The notes: generated from the sequence alone by a model not told the origin. 64,000 nt of DNA from Eledone cirrhosa (GCA_964016885.1 OZ024743.1:355446001-355510000); one strand, 5' to 3'. Shown: positions 42,549-57,838, counted from the first letter of the stretch. Numbers and translations: made by a program.

Positions 42549-43588
42549 TTACACTTAGCAATGTACACACAGAGACAAAACAAACATGCATGTATCTTAA
42601 AATAACGTAAACTTACACGATTTTTGTTCTTCATATTTTGTATGTGTGTAAACTGCAATTTATTAGGAACAACTCTTTATATGTTAAGTGTGTGATTGTT
42701 AAAACAAAGTGTACTATATCTGAAATGTGATACCAATCTTAAAATCCAAGTGTGAAACTGAATATATTGCAGTATAAATCAAGTAATTAAAGATTTTAAG
42801 ATATCAAAAGTTTATTAAAATAGGTAATTAAAAAATGTTACAGTTTAGGTAAATTGGTGTAAATATTTATAAAAGATTATGACTAGAAAGAGATAAATAT
42901 AAATGTAACAATTTACATTAACGAAAGTGTGTTGAGTTGAATAAATGTTTGAATGTAGATTATTACAAGTTAACTTTAATGTGAATAAAATTACTATTTG
43001 GTTATATTAATATAAATTAAACATGTATATCTATATAAGGAATAAAAATGGAGACGAAGGCAACAAAAAGAGGTGGAATTCGAGGTTTGAATAGGGTGAT
43101 GTAAAGATTGTATATAATTACTGAAAATGTACCTAAATATTCAGTTGGATTTTAGGTTATAAAAACTAATTGTGGAAAGAATCACTACAGTAATATATAT
43201 TTAATGAAGTTAGATAAATTGAAGGTTTAACGAAAATTTCTAAGTAGTTAATTTAATAATTAAATTAGTGTAATGACTAGGGGGGAGGAGTTTGTCTTTG
43301 TTTAAACGTTTAAATTAATGGGGTAAAAGAATAACTTTATGTAATGAATGTTCTGTGCTTTTTTGTTTTTAATTACAACTGTATGGTTTCTCTGATATAT
43401 TGTTACACCGGAGAAATATATACTGATAAAGAAAGAAATAACTTTTAATGAAAATGCATTGTTTATGTAACAATGAACGTTATATTGAAACTGTTTACTA
43501 TCTAGGTGAAGATAAAACGAATTAAATGAGAAATATACTAAAGAAATTGTGCATGCGTGTTCAATAAATATAAAAATATAATGTAGGT

Positions 43589-43837
43589 TTAACCCTTTAG
43601 CATTTAAACCGGCCATATCCGGCCAGAATTCTCTCACCTCTTTCTGTTCAAACTGACCATAACTGGCCACTCATTTTAAGTAATATCAAAATAAGTAATA
43701 TCAAAATAAGTAATATCAAAATAAGTAATATCAAAATAAATAATCTCATAGATTCAATTGCATGTGAGATATTAAGTGAAATAAAGCCTTTACTGCAAAA
43801 ATACAATAGTGCATATAAAGTAATGTAAATGCTAAAG
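43589..43837. mobile_element. piggyBac-type MITE
   Basis: TTAA-CCCTTTAGCATTTA...TAAATGCTAAAG; homologous to 55209-55420; internal 15-bp x4 repeat. Confidence 0.75.
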
Positions 43838-44619
43838 ATGCAACTAATTCTGAGTGTCCATTAAATTACTGGAGATTTGTTAAAAGAATTTTATAGGAAT
43901 CTAAGTGGAAGAGCTGACAAGCCATTATATTGTAAGGGTAAGGTTTTGATTAGTACATATTAAATACTCGTATATTAAAAAAGGTCATTTTTCGTAGATA
44001 AATAGAAAATATCTCAGTTTGAAACATGTGCTCAGTGAGCGTACAGACACACCTTATATCTTTGTTTATATTCCTTTTGTGGGGCTAGCAGATAGAGAAG
44101 GTGGATGTAAAAGCCTTAAGAGATGTTTTCAACTGTCTGACAGGTATCAACTGAATTTCCCGAATGTGCCAATGTCGATTTCGTCGAACCGCATCGGGTC
44201 ATTCAAATTGTATCCCGATAGGATATTCTGTAGATAAGTAGGTAAGTCTAGCATAGGTTGTTCACAATTCAAAGTCGTCGGCAGGGCAATCGTCAACAAC
44301 AAATGGTGGTTCACCCCAAAAAAGGCGATTAGATTAGAATTGATAAGGCTTAGCAAAGGTGTAACGTTAGAGAAAACTGGACTAGAGGGAGAGCTAGTTA
44401 GAAACCTAGAAGAGTTCTTTATGAAAAGCATCGCAATCGACGTGCTCGCGACGAGATTGGTTCTCGACTGATTATTCAAGGTGAGATTGGTTCTCAACTA
44501 ATTCTATCAGAGCTATGGCACTTGCTCTTAGACACAAGATGGGGAGCTGTTCGATGAGCTCGAGTGGCAGAGGCACGTTGTCGCAACAAAACCACAATCT
44601 CGCGGTCCGATATGAATAT

Positions 44620-45420
44620 GAATATGTGAAGTATCACTTAGACGGAAGTCTTTTAAGACTCCGTAACTTTTCTGCCCGCGCTAAATCGTTGACTAAAGTC
44701 ATTTATGAGCTGCAGTTTGCAGACAACATTGCTAGTGTATCTTTTCCATTCGCATTGTCTGTAAGGAACTTCTGTGGGGTACGCTGGGAGCATTATTTCT
44801 AACAACGTTGACTGAGGAGCTGAGTAATAGAATCAAACAAGCTTCTTTTGTATCCAGGTGTCTGAATGACCGTCTCTTATGTACGATGGTTACGGTTTAC
44901 CAAACTGTCCCTGTCTCAACTCTGTTGTACGGTTGTGAAGCGTGGATACTCTACTGGAAACAAATCAGAACCCTGGAAGCTTTCTACATTCGATGTTTGC
45001 TGCGTATACTTGGAATCACATGGAAACACAAAATTCCTCATACTTAAATTCTCAATCGTTTAGAACACATTTGCATTGAAAAAAGGAGCATGAAGCGCAT
45101 TCTTCGCTGAACAGGACACGTAATATGTACGGATAAATCCTCATAATGCTTTATGGTGAGCTAACTGAGGGTTCTCATCAATGCTGTAGTCTGTAGAAGC
45201 TTTGGAAAGACCAACTGAAGTACCTCCATTACAGACTGTGCAAATTATTCCAAGAAACTTGAAAGATTCGCGGCAGATCCAAAAGTGTGAAGGAGAGTGG
45301 TAGGGTGTAACAATTCGAAGCAAAACAACGTGATGATCGGAATTTAGACGTCTAACAATAACGATGTGGCATTTCATCCATGTCCGGTTTGTACCCGTAT
45401 CTGTTTGTTTTTCACGCAAC
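44620..45420 (+). pseudogene. RTE (BovB-like) LINE RT fragment
   Basis: YHLDGSL, ELQFADN, STLLYGCEAW, CLLRILGITW, LYGEL. Confidence 0.85.
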
Positions 45421-45464
45421 TCATGTGAGTGCTCATTAGAGGCATGTGTATGTGTGCGTGCGCT

Positions 45465-45521
<57 letters not shown>

Positions 45522-45623
45522 TATGTGCATGTGTGTGTGTATATATGTATGTAAATATGTGTGTATGCATATATATATATGTATACATATATATATATGT
45601 ATATATATATATGTATATATATT

Positions 45624-45655
<32 letters not shown>

Positions 45656-45660
45656 TATAT

Positions 45661-46810
<1,150 letters not shown>

Positions 46811-47438
46811 GAATAATATCTAAACATAGAAATGACCCAGCAGATAGGCAAATCAGAGAGGCCAGCGAAATAGAACTTAGAATGCCAAGGCTAAACAGAA
46901 AAAATGAATGGAATAACAACAACACCCAAACAAACAACACTGACCTAAGAGAAGTATAAATAAATAAATAAATACATACACAAGCACAATAACAACAAAC
47001 ACATATAAACACACACTAGTAAACTAAGATAGAATACAATAACCAATACACAGTCACCCAAACACGAACACACATCAAACAAAACACTATACACACAGGC
47101 AAACGCATGCGCAGAGAAGACATAAATAGACTAAATAAAAATAGCGTAGGCATACAATACAACGGGAGGAAACATAATAGCACCACTGACGATGTTGCAG
47201 ATGTGCAACGAAAGAAATTTGTTAGACTATATATATGTGTTTGTGCCTATATTGTATCTGTATTTTTGACCGTTGGTCAGTCAATAGTAACATTGAGGAC
47301 CGAATAAATTAAATTAACAGATATAAAAGACACAGAAGCGAAAACCAACCAAATAGTGAGTGTGTTCTGTTATTAATTCTGGTAATATTATTACACAAAT
47401 ATGACCCTCCCCAAGTATAACAATATATATATATATAC

Positions 47439-47519
<81 letters not shown>

Positions 47520-47652
47520 CATATATATACACACATACATGCATACACACACTCATATATATATATGTATATATATATATGTATACAATACATATATATA
47601 CACACACACACATTATATATATATATACATATATATACACACACACACACAT

Positions 47653-47716
<64 letters not shown>

Positions 47717-47752
47717 CACACATACATATACATATATACACACCACAAACAT

Positions 47753-47814
<62 letters not shown>

Positions 47815-48136
47815 GACATGTGCGCGCGCAAATACACCTCATCTTTTCTACTTCTTTACAATGTTGTGCCATAATAGTATAAAATATAAGTATATTGTAA
47901 TAAGACGTTATAAAATATCAGCTAATATCCTTTAATATCACATCAGTTTATGGCATACACTCACCTTTACTCTTCCATAACTGTCAAGTGGAGATCACAA
48001 TGAAATACCAACAGTTGAACAGTGTTTTTCTCTTTCAATATCATTATCGTGGTCATCATCGTCATCATCATCATCATCATCATCATCATTATCATTATTA
48101 TTATTTCTATTATTATGAATATTATTCATAATACTA

Positions 48137-48546
48137 GGGCGGTGAATTGGCAGCATAGTTACGTCCCTTTACGATCTGAGTTCAAATCCCGCCGAGGTTG
48201 ACTTTGCCTTTCATCCTTACGGCGTCGATAAAATAAAGTACCAGTAATGCACTGGGTATGTGCTGGCCTTGTGCCTAAAGTAGAAACAATTATTATTTCT
48301 ATTATTATGAATATTATTCATAATACTAGGGCGGTGGATTGGCAGTATCGGTAGCGGGTCGGACACCATGCTTTGCAGCATAGAGTTACAGCTCTTTACA
48401 ATCTGAGTTCAAATCCCGCCGAGGTTAATTTTGCATTTTATCCTTACGGGATAAAATAAAGCACCAGTAATGCACTAGGATCGATTTAATCGATTTTTCC
48501 CTCCTCCAAAATTGTTGGCCTTGTGCCTATGTAAGAAACCATTATT
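48137..48546 (+). mobile_element. Two tandem Meta-like SINEs
   Basis: A ~40-bp flank (ttattatttctattattatgaatattattcataatacta) is duplicated before each copy. Confidence 0.9.
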
Positions 48547-48569
48547 TTTATCATTATAAATATTATTAA

Positions 48570-49046
48570 CCAAGAAGGACAGGCAGCTTTTATCTGCCTG
48601 GTGGCCATTGTGAAAGAATTCGTCTGTTGGAATTTGTTATGTATGTTTATTTTTTAAATGTTTATTTTCTTTATCTGTTTTAAATTCTATTTTACATTTA
48701 AAAAACCACATTGTATCGTCCTGTACCGTATTTAATGTCTCCTTAATGTGAGCCTTGAGTGGCTGATAAAGAAATCATTATTATTCTTATTCTTTGAGAA
48801 GGAGAGGGGTGCCCTTCCAGGGTGCTCTCGAAGCGTCGGGTCGTTCAGGATTGGTGGGGTACCTGAGCGAACCCTGGGTGGTCCTCCCCCTTATTGGGGA
48901 ATTTTTTCTTGTTGTAATTTTCTTGTTACTTTGTTATTGTTATTCATATTGTTTACTCGATTTTTCTGTAAAACCCCACTGTCCCAGTCTTTTGTATTGT
49001 CCCCTATATGTCGGCCCTTGTGGCAAATAAATGAAATCATTATTAT
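48570..49046 (+). mobile_element. Two Tx1/L1-like LINE 3'-end fragments ending in (ATT)n
   Basis: QAAFICLVAIVKE is similar to the 49455 frame; 48793-49046 matches the 3' UTR at 49705-50019. Confidence 0.6.
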
Positions 49047-49047
49047 T

Positions 49048-49224
49048 TGGCAGTATCGGTAGAGGGTCGGACATGCTTTCCAGCATAGTTACGTCCCTTT
49101 ACGATCTGAGTTCAAATCCCGCCGAGGTTAACTTTGCCTTTCATCCTTACGGGGTCGATAAAATAAAGTACCAGTAATGTACTGGGTAATTGCTGGCCTT
49201 GTGCCAAAAGTAGAAACAATTATT
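49048..49224 (+). mobile_element. tRNA-derived SINE (Meta-like)
   Basis: Same family; abuts the LINE (ATT)n tail. Confidence 0.9.
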
Positions 49225-49300
49225 CTTATCCTTATAAGTAGTAGTAGTCGCGATGGTGGTGGTGGTGGTGGTAGTAGTAGTAGTAGAAGTAGTCGCGGTG

Positions 49301-49354
<54 letters not shown>

Positions 49355-49439
49355 TTTTGATTTGTTTCTTGTTGCTGTGTGAATTTCTTTTTTCCATTTT
49401 TAGTTGTTTTACTTGATGTTTTTGATGTTACTATTTATG

Positions 49440-50019
49440 TGGCTGTAGGAAGTGTAGGCAATTTTCCTCTGTCTTGTGGCAGTAGCGAAAGAGGTTTTGT
49501 GGTGCACCAGGTTGAAAGGTCTGAAGACAGGCACTTTTCTCTTCGGCCAATCCCTCATCAACTTTTTCAAATTTCACTTGGTGAAGGTGGAGAGAAGTGT
49601 TGCCCCCCCCCCCCCCAGTACATTTGCTGAAAGGTGGGTAAATGTGGCGAGAATGGCCCGTGTGAGTGGGCCTACTCTGAGCATGCACCTATAGGCTGGT
49701 GAATTTGAGGAGGAAAGGGGTGCCCTTCTCGTGTGCTCTCGAAGCGTCGGGTGGTTCATGATTGGTGAGGTACCTGAGTCAACCCTGGATGGTTATCTCC
49801 CCTATTGGGGAATTTTCATTGTTGTATTTTTCTTGTTTCTTGTTATTGTTTTCCTATTTTTTACTCGATGTTTGTCTAAAACCCCCTCACTGTCCCTGTC
49901 TGCTGTCTAAAACCCCCCCACTGTCCCTGTCTGCTGTCTAAACCCCCCCCCCCACTGTCCCTGTCTGCTGTATTGTCCCCTATATGTCGGCCCGTGTGGC
50001 CAATAAATGAAATCATTAT
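49440..50019 (+). mobile_element. Tx1/L1-like LINE 3' end (ORF2 C-terminus + 3' UTR)
   Basis: AIFLCLVAVAKEVLWCTR...F..RW pattern typical of L1/Tx1 ORF2 ends, stop at 49694, then a UTR with a ~31-bp tandem triplication. Confidence 0.6.
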
Positions 50020-50020
50020 T

Positions 50021-50207
50021 CGGTGGATTGGCAGTATCGGTAGAGGGTCGGACGCCATGCTTTCCAGCATAGTTTAGTCCCTTTACGATCTGAGTTCAAA
50101 TCCCGCCGAGGTTGACTTTGCCTTTCATCCTTACGGGGTCGATAAAATAAAGTACCAGTAATGCACTGGGTAATTGCTGGCCTTGTGCCTAAAGTAGAAA
50201 CAATTAT
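50021..50207 (+). mobile_element. tRNA-derived SINE (Meta-like)
   Basis: Same family; abuts the LINE tail. A further 3' fragment lies at 50641-50740 (minus). Confidence 0.9.
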
Positions 50208-51189
50208 TCATGTGGCGGTTGTTTTTATTGTTGTTGATGTTGATGGTGGTGGTGGTGGTGGTATGTTGATGGGAGGTTTCATATGTTGTTGCTTTTTTGT
50301 TGGTGTTGATGTTGCCAGTAGTAGTATTCGTCGTGGTGGTGATAATGTTGTTGATGATAGTGTTGTCGTTGTTGTTGATGGTGTTGGTGGTAGTAGTGAA
50401 TATGCTGATATATATATATAAAGTAATTTATTTATTCATTGTACTGTATCGTTTGCTCTGTTATTTTTGTTTACCTTTTCATACATACATATACATGCAC
50501 ACACAGATTCACACACACACACACACACCACGCGCGCGCGCGCGCGCGCGCGCATACCTACCCCCACACCAACACACACACACAACTATGTATATATACA
50601 AACATATATAAAAAGACACCCAGAAATAAGTAGATATATTAGTTGTTTCTACTATTGGTACACAACGCCAGGAATTACTCAGTACATTACTGGTACTTTA
50701 TTTTATCGACCCCGTAAGGATGAAAGGCAAAGTTAACCTCTAGTGTTGTTGTCGGTGGTGGGTCTGGTGGTGGGTTTATTGTTGCTACCGTAGTTGTTTG
50801 TAGTTGGTAGGTAGGTAGGTTGGTAGATAGATAGCTATTTTTATATATAAAGATATATGTGGATATATCTATACTAAATGTGACAATATATTAATAAATT
50901 GACACATACAATTCCTGCCACAAGAGAGCTGCTAGTGCACATACTTAAATATGGAATGATACGCGATGACACCCCCCACCCCACGCCACCCACACACACA
51001 CACACACACACAGACAGCCCCGGCGGACAGGATGGAGAAGGCGTTTCCCCGGAGGAAGGCAAGGGAGACGCGCTGGAAAAGCTACTCCAACTAGCGGGGT
51101 TCACACCTGCGGCTGGCCAGCTCAGCGCCTATGGTGGTGAGTAGGGAGGTAGCCCTAGGGCCGAGGAAACCAGAAGTCTCCACTGCCAG

Positions 51190-54060
51190 GTGGTGGGAGA
51201 TGGTGTTTTTTTTTTCTTTTTGTTGCTGCTGTTGTTGTTTGTGGTGGGTGATGGTGTATTTTTTTCTTTTTGTTGCTGCTGTTGTTGTTTGTGGTAGGTG
51301 ATGGTGTTTTTTTTTTCTTTTTGTTGCTGCTGTTGTTGTTTGTGGTGGGTGATGGTGTATTTTTTTCTTTTTGTTGCTGCTGTTGTTGTTTGTGGTGGGT
51401 GATGGTGTTTTTTTTTCTTTTTGTTGCTGCTGTTGTTGTTTGTGGTAGGTGATGGTGTTTTTTTTTTCTTTTTGTTGCTGCTGTTGTTGTTTGTGGTGGG
51501 TGATGGTGTATTTTTTTCTTTTTGTTGCTGCTGTTGTTGTTTGTGGTAGGTGATGGTGTTTTTTTTTCTTTTTGTTGCTGCTGTTGTTGTTTGTGGTGGG
51601 TGATGGTGTATTTTTTTCTTTTTGTTGCTGCTGTTGTTGTTTGTGGTGGGTGATGGTGTTTTTTTTTCTTTTTGTTGCTGCTGTTGTTGTTTGTGGTGGG
51701 TGATGGTGTATTTTTTTCTTTTTGTTGCTGCTGTTGTTGTTTGTGGTGGGTGATGGTGTTTTTTTTTCTTTTTGTTGCTGCTGTTGTTGTTTGTGGTGGG
51801 TGATGGTGTTTTTTTTTCTTTTTGTTGCTGCTGAGGTTGTTTTTGGTGGGTGATGGTGTTTTTTTTTCTTTTTGTTGCTGCTGTTGTTGTTTGTGGTGGG
51901 TGATGGTGTTTTTTGTTTCTTTTTGTTGCTGCTGAGGTTGTTTTTGGTGGGTGATGGTGTTTTTTTTTCTTTTTGTTGCTGCTGTTGTTGTTTGTGGTGG
52001 GTGATGGTGTTTTTTGTTTCTTTTTGTTGCTGCTGTTGTTGTTTTTGGTGGGTGATGGTGTTTTTTTTTCTTTTTGTTGCTGCTGTTGTTGTTTTTGGTG
52101 GGTGATGGTGTTTTTTTTTCTTTTTGTTGCTGCTGTTGTTGTTTGTGGTGGGTGATGGTGTTTTTTGTTTCTTTTTGTTGCTTCTGTTGTTGTTTTTGGT
52201 GGGTGATGGTGTATTTTTTTCTTTTTGTTGCTGCTGTTGTTGTTTTTGGTGGGTGATGGTGTTTTTTTTCTTTTTGTTGCTGCTGTTGTTGTTTGTGATG
52301 GGTGATGGTGTTTTTTTTTTTTTGTTGCTGCTGTTGTTTGTGGTGGGTGATGATGTTTTTTTTTCTTTTTGTTGCTGCTGTTTTTGTTTGTGGTGGGTGA
52401 TGGTGTTTTTTTTTCTTTTTGTTGCTGCTGTTGTTGTTTTTGGTGGGTGATGGTGTTTTGTTTTCTTTTTGTTGCTGCTGTTGTTGTTTGTGGTGGGTGA
52501 TGGTGTTTTTTTTTCTTTTTGTTGCTGCTGTTGTTGTTTGTGGTGGGTAATGGTGTTTTTCTTTCTTTTTGTTGCTGCTGTTGTTGTTTTTGGTGGGTGA
52601 TGGTGTTTTTTTTTCTTTTTGTTGCTGCTGTTGTTGTTTTTGGTGGGTGATGGTATTTTTTTTTCTTTTTGTTGCTGCTGTTGTTGTTTTTGGTGGGTGA
52701 TGGTGTTTTTTTTTCTTTTTGTTGCTGCTGTTGTTGTTTTTGGTGGGTGATGGTGTTTTTTTTTCTTTTTGTTGCTGCTGTTGTTGTTTGTGGTGGGTGA
52801 TGGTGTTTTTTTTTCTTTTTGTTGCTGCTGTTGTTGTTTGTGGTGGGTGATTTTTTTTTTTTTCTTTTTGTTGCTGCTGTTGTTGTTTTTGGTGGGTGAT
52901 GGTGTTTTTTTTTCTTTTTGTTGCTGCTGTTGTTGTTTGTGGTGGGTGATGGTGTTTTTTTTTCTTTTTGTTGCTTCTGTTGTTGTTTTTGGTGGGTGAT
53001 GGTGTTTTTTTTCTTTTTGTTGCTGCTGTTGTTGTTTTTGGTGGGTGATGGTATTTTTTTTTCTTTTTGTTGCTGCTGTTGTTGTTTTTGGTGGGTGATG
53101 GTGTTTTTTTTTCTTTTTTTTGCTGCTGTTGTTGTTTGTGGTGGGTGATGGTGTTGTTTTTTTTCTTTTTGTTGCTGCTGATGTTGTTTGTGGTGGGTGA
53201 TGGTGTTTTTTTTTCTTTTTGTTGCTGCTGTTGTTGCTTGTGGTGGGTGATGGTGTTTTTTTTTTCTTTTTGTTGCTGCTGTTGTTGTTTTTGGTGGCTG
53301 ATGTGTTTTTTTTTCTTTTTGTTGCTGCTGTTGTTGTTTGTGGTGGGTGATGTGTTTTTTTTTCTTTTTGTTGCTGCTGTTGTTGTTTGTGGTGGGTGAT
53401 GGTGTTTTTTTTTCTTTTTGTTGCCTCTGTTATTGTTTTTGGTGGGTGATGTGTTTTTTTTTCTTTTTGTTGCTGCTGTTGTTGTTTGTGGTGGGTGATG
53501 TGTTTTTTTTTCTTTTTGTTGCTGCTGATGTTGTTTGTTGTGGGTGACGTGTTTTTTTTTTCTTTTTGTTGCTGCTGTTGTTGTTTGTGGTGGGTGATGG
53601 TGTTTTTTTTCTATTTGTTGCTGCTGTTGTTGTTTTTGGTGGGTGATGTGTTTTTTTTCTTTTTGTTGCTGCTGTTGTTGTTTTTTGGTGGGTGATGGTG
53701 TTTTTTTTTCTTTTTGTTGCTGCTGTTGTTGTTTGTGGTGAGTGATGGTGTTTTTTTTTTCTTTTTGTTGCTGCTGTTGTTGTTTGTGGTGGGTGATGGT
53801 GTTTTTTTTTTCTTTTTGTTGCTGCTGTTGTTGCTTGTGGTGGGTGATGTGTTTTTTTTCTTTTTGTTGCTGCTAATGTTGTTTGTGGTGGGTGATGTGT
53901 TTTTTTTTCTTTTTGTTGCTGCTGTTGTTGCTTATGGTGGGTGATGGTGTTTTTTTTTTCTTTTTGTTGCTGCTGTTGTTGTTTTTAGTGGGTGATGGTG
54001 TTTTTTTTTTCTTTTTGTCGCTGCTGTTGTTGCTTATGGTGGTAGTGATGGTGGGTGTTT
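51190..54060. repeat. ~50-bp G/T-rich minisatellite, roughly 55-58 units
   Basis: Unit gtggtgggtgatggtg(t)n-ctttttgttgctgctgttgttgttt. Confidence 0.97.
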
Positions 54061-55208
54061 TGTTGCTGCTGTTGTTGTTTGTGGTAGTTGTGATGGTGTT
54101 GCTGTTCTTGTTAATGTTTTGTTCTTACTATTGTGTTTGTTTTCATTGTTGCCTTTTTTTTATAGGCCGTTGTCTCATTTTTATCCCTTCTATTCATGTT
54201 GTTGCTCCTTGAGTGTTTGATCAATCCAAAGTCACTCCTAGTCAAACGGGCCTAATGTTTCCCACTGCAGCCACACTGTCATTATTTTCTTCGGGTATAG
54301 TGTATCTGGATCTAATTTATCTAATATATATATATCTTTCTAAAAGGTTATGGTGTGATTAGAGGAGGATATATTTGGTTCCTATTTCTAGCAAATCTAG
54401 CAATCACAAACAGTCTTCTTCCTTGTCTCATGACACTATTTGTCATTGACTTTACTGTTGTTATTGTTGCTGTTGCTTAGACCCAGTGCTGTGTTATTTG
54501 AGCAAACCTATGTCCAAAGACATCCCACCCTTGACCGCCTCTTCTTTGTTGCTATATCTAGTACTGCATTATCTAATTTCTCATTTCCTTTTGTTAAGTC
54601 AGTAGGTATAATTTGATGTAATTTGACTATTATTTCTAGCAGATGGAGCGAATCTTTATAGATACTTTCACGTTGCTGTGGGTTTGTCGGTTGTCGGCTG
54701 TCGGTTGTCTTATTGAATTGAAAATGTTTAATAACTAAAGCTATTTTCTCGTTACTGTGTATGGATACGTTCTAGTGTATCTCTAGGTCATTTTAATCTT
54801 ACAGTGATGTGACCAAAGGCGTTCCGCTCATGACCATTCCAATGTATTTAAGACCTCGCGATGTATGTATGATAATATTATCCAGCGTTTCCATCCATTC
54901 TTTTCACACGGCTGAATATAAGAGAGAGTTGGCTGTTATTTCTAGTACGTCGAATTATCATGTAGAATCTGCATTGTAGATCTTTAGTTGGAATGTTGAG
55001 GTCTTGTATGTATTTTTGTCTTTCAGATAATATTTTGTCATAACAAAGAAACGGGTTAGTATTACTGCTGTTTTCCACTCATTTTATATCTTGTTTATTT
55101 CTATTTAGGAGTACATTTATTTTGATAGTTTTCCGACATATTTGTAGACAATATAATGGTCGGAAAGGATCATTTCACAGGGAAACTTCACCATGTGAAA
55201 ACTCTGGT

Positions 55209-55420
55209 TTAACCCCCTATTCGGCCAGAATTCTCTCCCCTCGTTCTGTTCAAACCAGCCATAACTGGCTGCTCATACTTATGTTAAGGTATTTTTCTCA
55301 AAATAAATAATATCCCAAATCTCATAGATTCAATATTATGTGATATAATTATATGAAATAAAGTATTTATCGTGAAAGTACAATAATAAATGTAAAGTAA
55401 TGTAAATGCTAAAGGGTTAA
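55209..55420. mobile_element. piggyBac-type MITE
   Basis: TTAA-CCC...TAAATGCTAAAGGG-TTAA. Confidence 0.78.
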
Positions 55421-55905
55421 GGCCACTACTTTCGGAACATTTTCAAAACTTAACTTCACGGTATATATAAGTGTGTGTGTGTGTGTAGGTATGTTTGTGT
55501 GTGCGTGTGTGTATGTGCGTGTGCACGCGTGTGTGTTTGGGGGGATAAATGATATATATATGTTGTGTAGATTTCTTGATTATTGCCGGTGGTGTGATGA
55601 TTTCTTCTCTACTGCCGTTGGAGTTAACGTCTTCATACATAGTATAGACTTAGCATTACTACAATAAGATGACTGGAAAGGGGGTCATCATGTGGAAGTG
55701 AAGGCAGTAATGCGAAAAGGTGGTATAAAAAAGATTTTGGCGTTAAACATGATGTTTTACAACGGTTTAATGCGTGGTAAAAATGAACAGCCATATCGCA
55801 AAAACATTAATGCTTCCAACGTCAACAGTGATTAACAAGTGACAAGATGAAATTAGGCCAAGCGTTCAAGTAATGACAGAATCATTACCCCCACCGATGC
55901 CCTTC

Positions 55906-55978
<73 letters not shown>

Positions 55979-56008
55979 AACAAAAGATGGTGAAAAGAGT
56001 TCCATGTA

Positions 56009-56075
56009 TTTTATTATGTGCATTTCAAAAACAAACATCATCATGCAGTAATATTTGTGTTTTCATCAGATAAAA
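56009..56075 (-). ncRNA. Type-I hammerhead ribozyme
   Basis: ttttat-CTGATGA-aaa c acaaata[loop]tgtttgt t ttt-GAAA-tgcaca-TA/ataaaa, in a (TA)n-flanked insert. Confidence 0.78.
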
Positions 56076-56211
56076 CAGGAAGACATGATATGAAGGTTAA
56101 AAAACACTTGTGGATAGTGCAGTTTTAAATCAACATATATATATATATCAACATATATATATATATATATATATATAAACACCACACCAGATCTGCAAGA
56201 TATATATATAG

Positions 56212-56435
56212 AGAGATTAAAGGTTAAGCAAAGAATCGCTGATTTCACCCTTAACAGGATCTTCTGAAACTCTGAGTTTCAGAAGATCCCGTTAAGGGTG
56301 AAAGCAGCGATTCTTTGCTTAAACTTTAATCTGTTATTTTAATAAATATTTGCTCTATGGTTCTTTTATATTTGATATATACTTACCCTCATGGAGCCCT
56401 CTTTGGATTTTAGTCTTCAAATTTATTATTATTAC
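56212..56435 (+). mobile_element. Solo fold-back pLTR of the Penelope-like family, with variant HHR folds at 56221-56271 (-) and 56275-56325 (+)
   Basis: Matches 28878-29040; the inversion point lies immediately 5' of stem I. Confidence 0.85.
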
Positions 56436-56510
<75 letters not shown>

Positions 56511-56622
56511 AATATGGAACGTCAATAAGTGTGTTGATAGACAATCAGACTTACACAATGTGCCGATAAACATAAGGCTCATTCAAACGGAAGCGAAAAA
56601 TTACTATTTATTTTTTAACATT

Positions 56623-56724
<102 letters not shown>

Positions 56725-56726
56725 CT

Positions 56727-56760
<34 letters not shown>

Positions 56761-56768
56761 TATATACT

Positions 56769-57571
<803 letters not shown>

Positions 57572-57663
57572 CATGTTGTAAAAAAAACCTCACTTCCTAA
57601 TACACATATATATATATAGATAGATACATATATATACACATATATACATATACATATATATAC

Positions 57664-57733
<70 letters not shown>

Positions 57734-57838
57734 AAATATTTCGTATCTCCAAGGAAAGACGGTTTTAGGCAGCCGTAGCTATGCAAACACAGGTGGGCTA
57801 ACGCCCTCTGGTGATGTCCAGCAGAAGCAAGGGGGACA

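Noticed and set aside
41700-43580. Long AT-rich non-repetitive stretch, possible host UTR or regulatory DNA
   Set aside because: No splice, ORF or motif evidence that I can support from sequence alone.
51190-54060. Regularly spaced repeats (CRISPR-like periodicity) and many Leu/Val/Cys ORFs
   Set aside because: No unique spacers or cas genes, and the context is eukaryotic; it is a tandem minisatellite.
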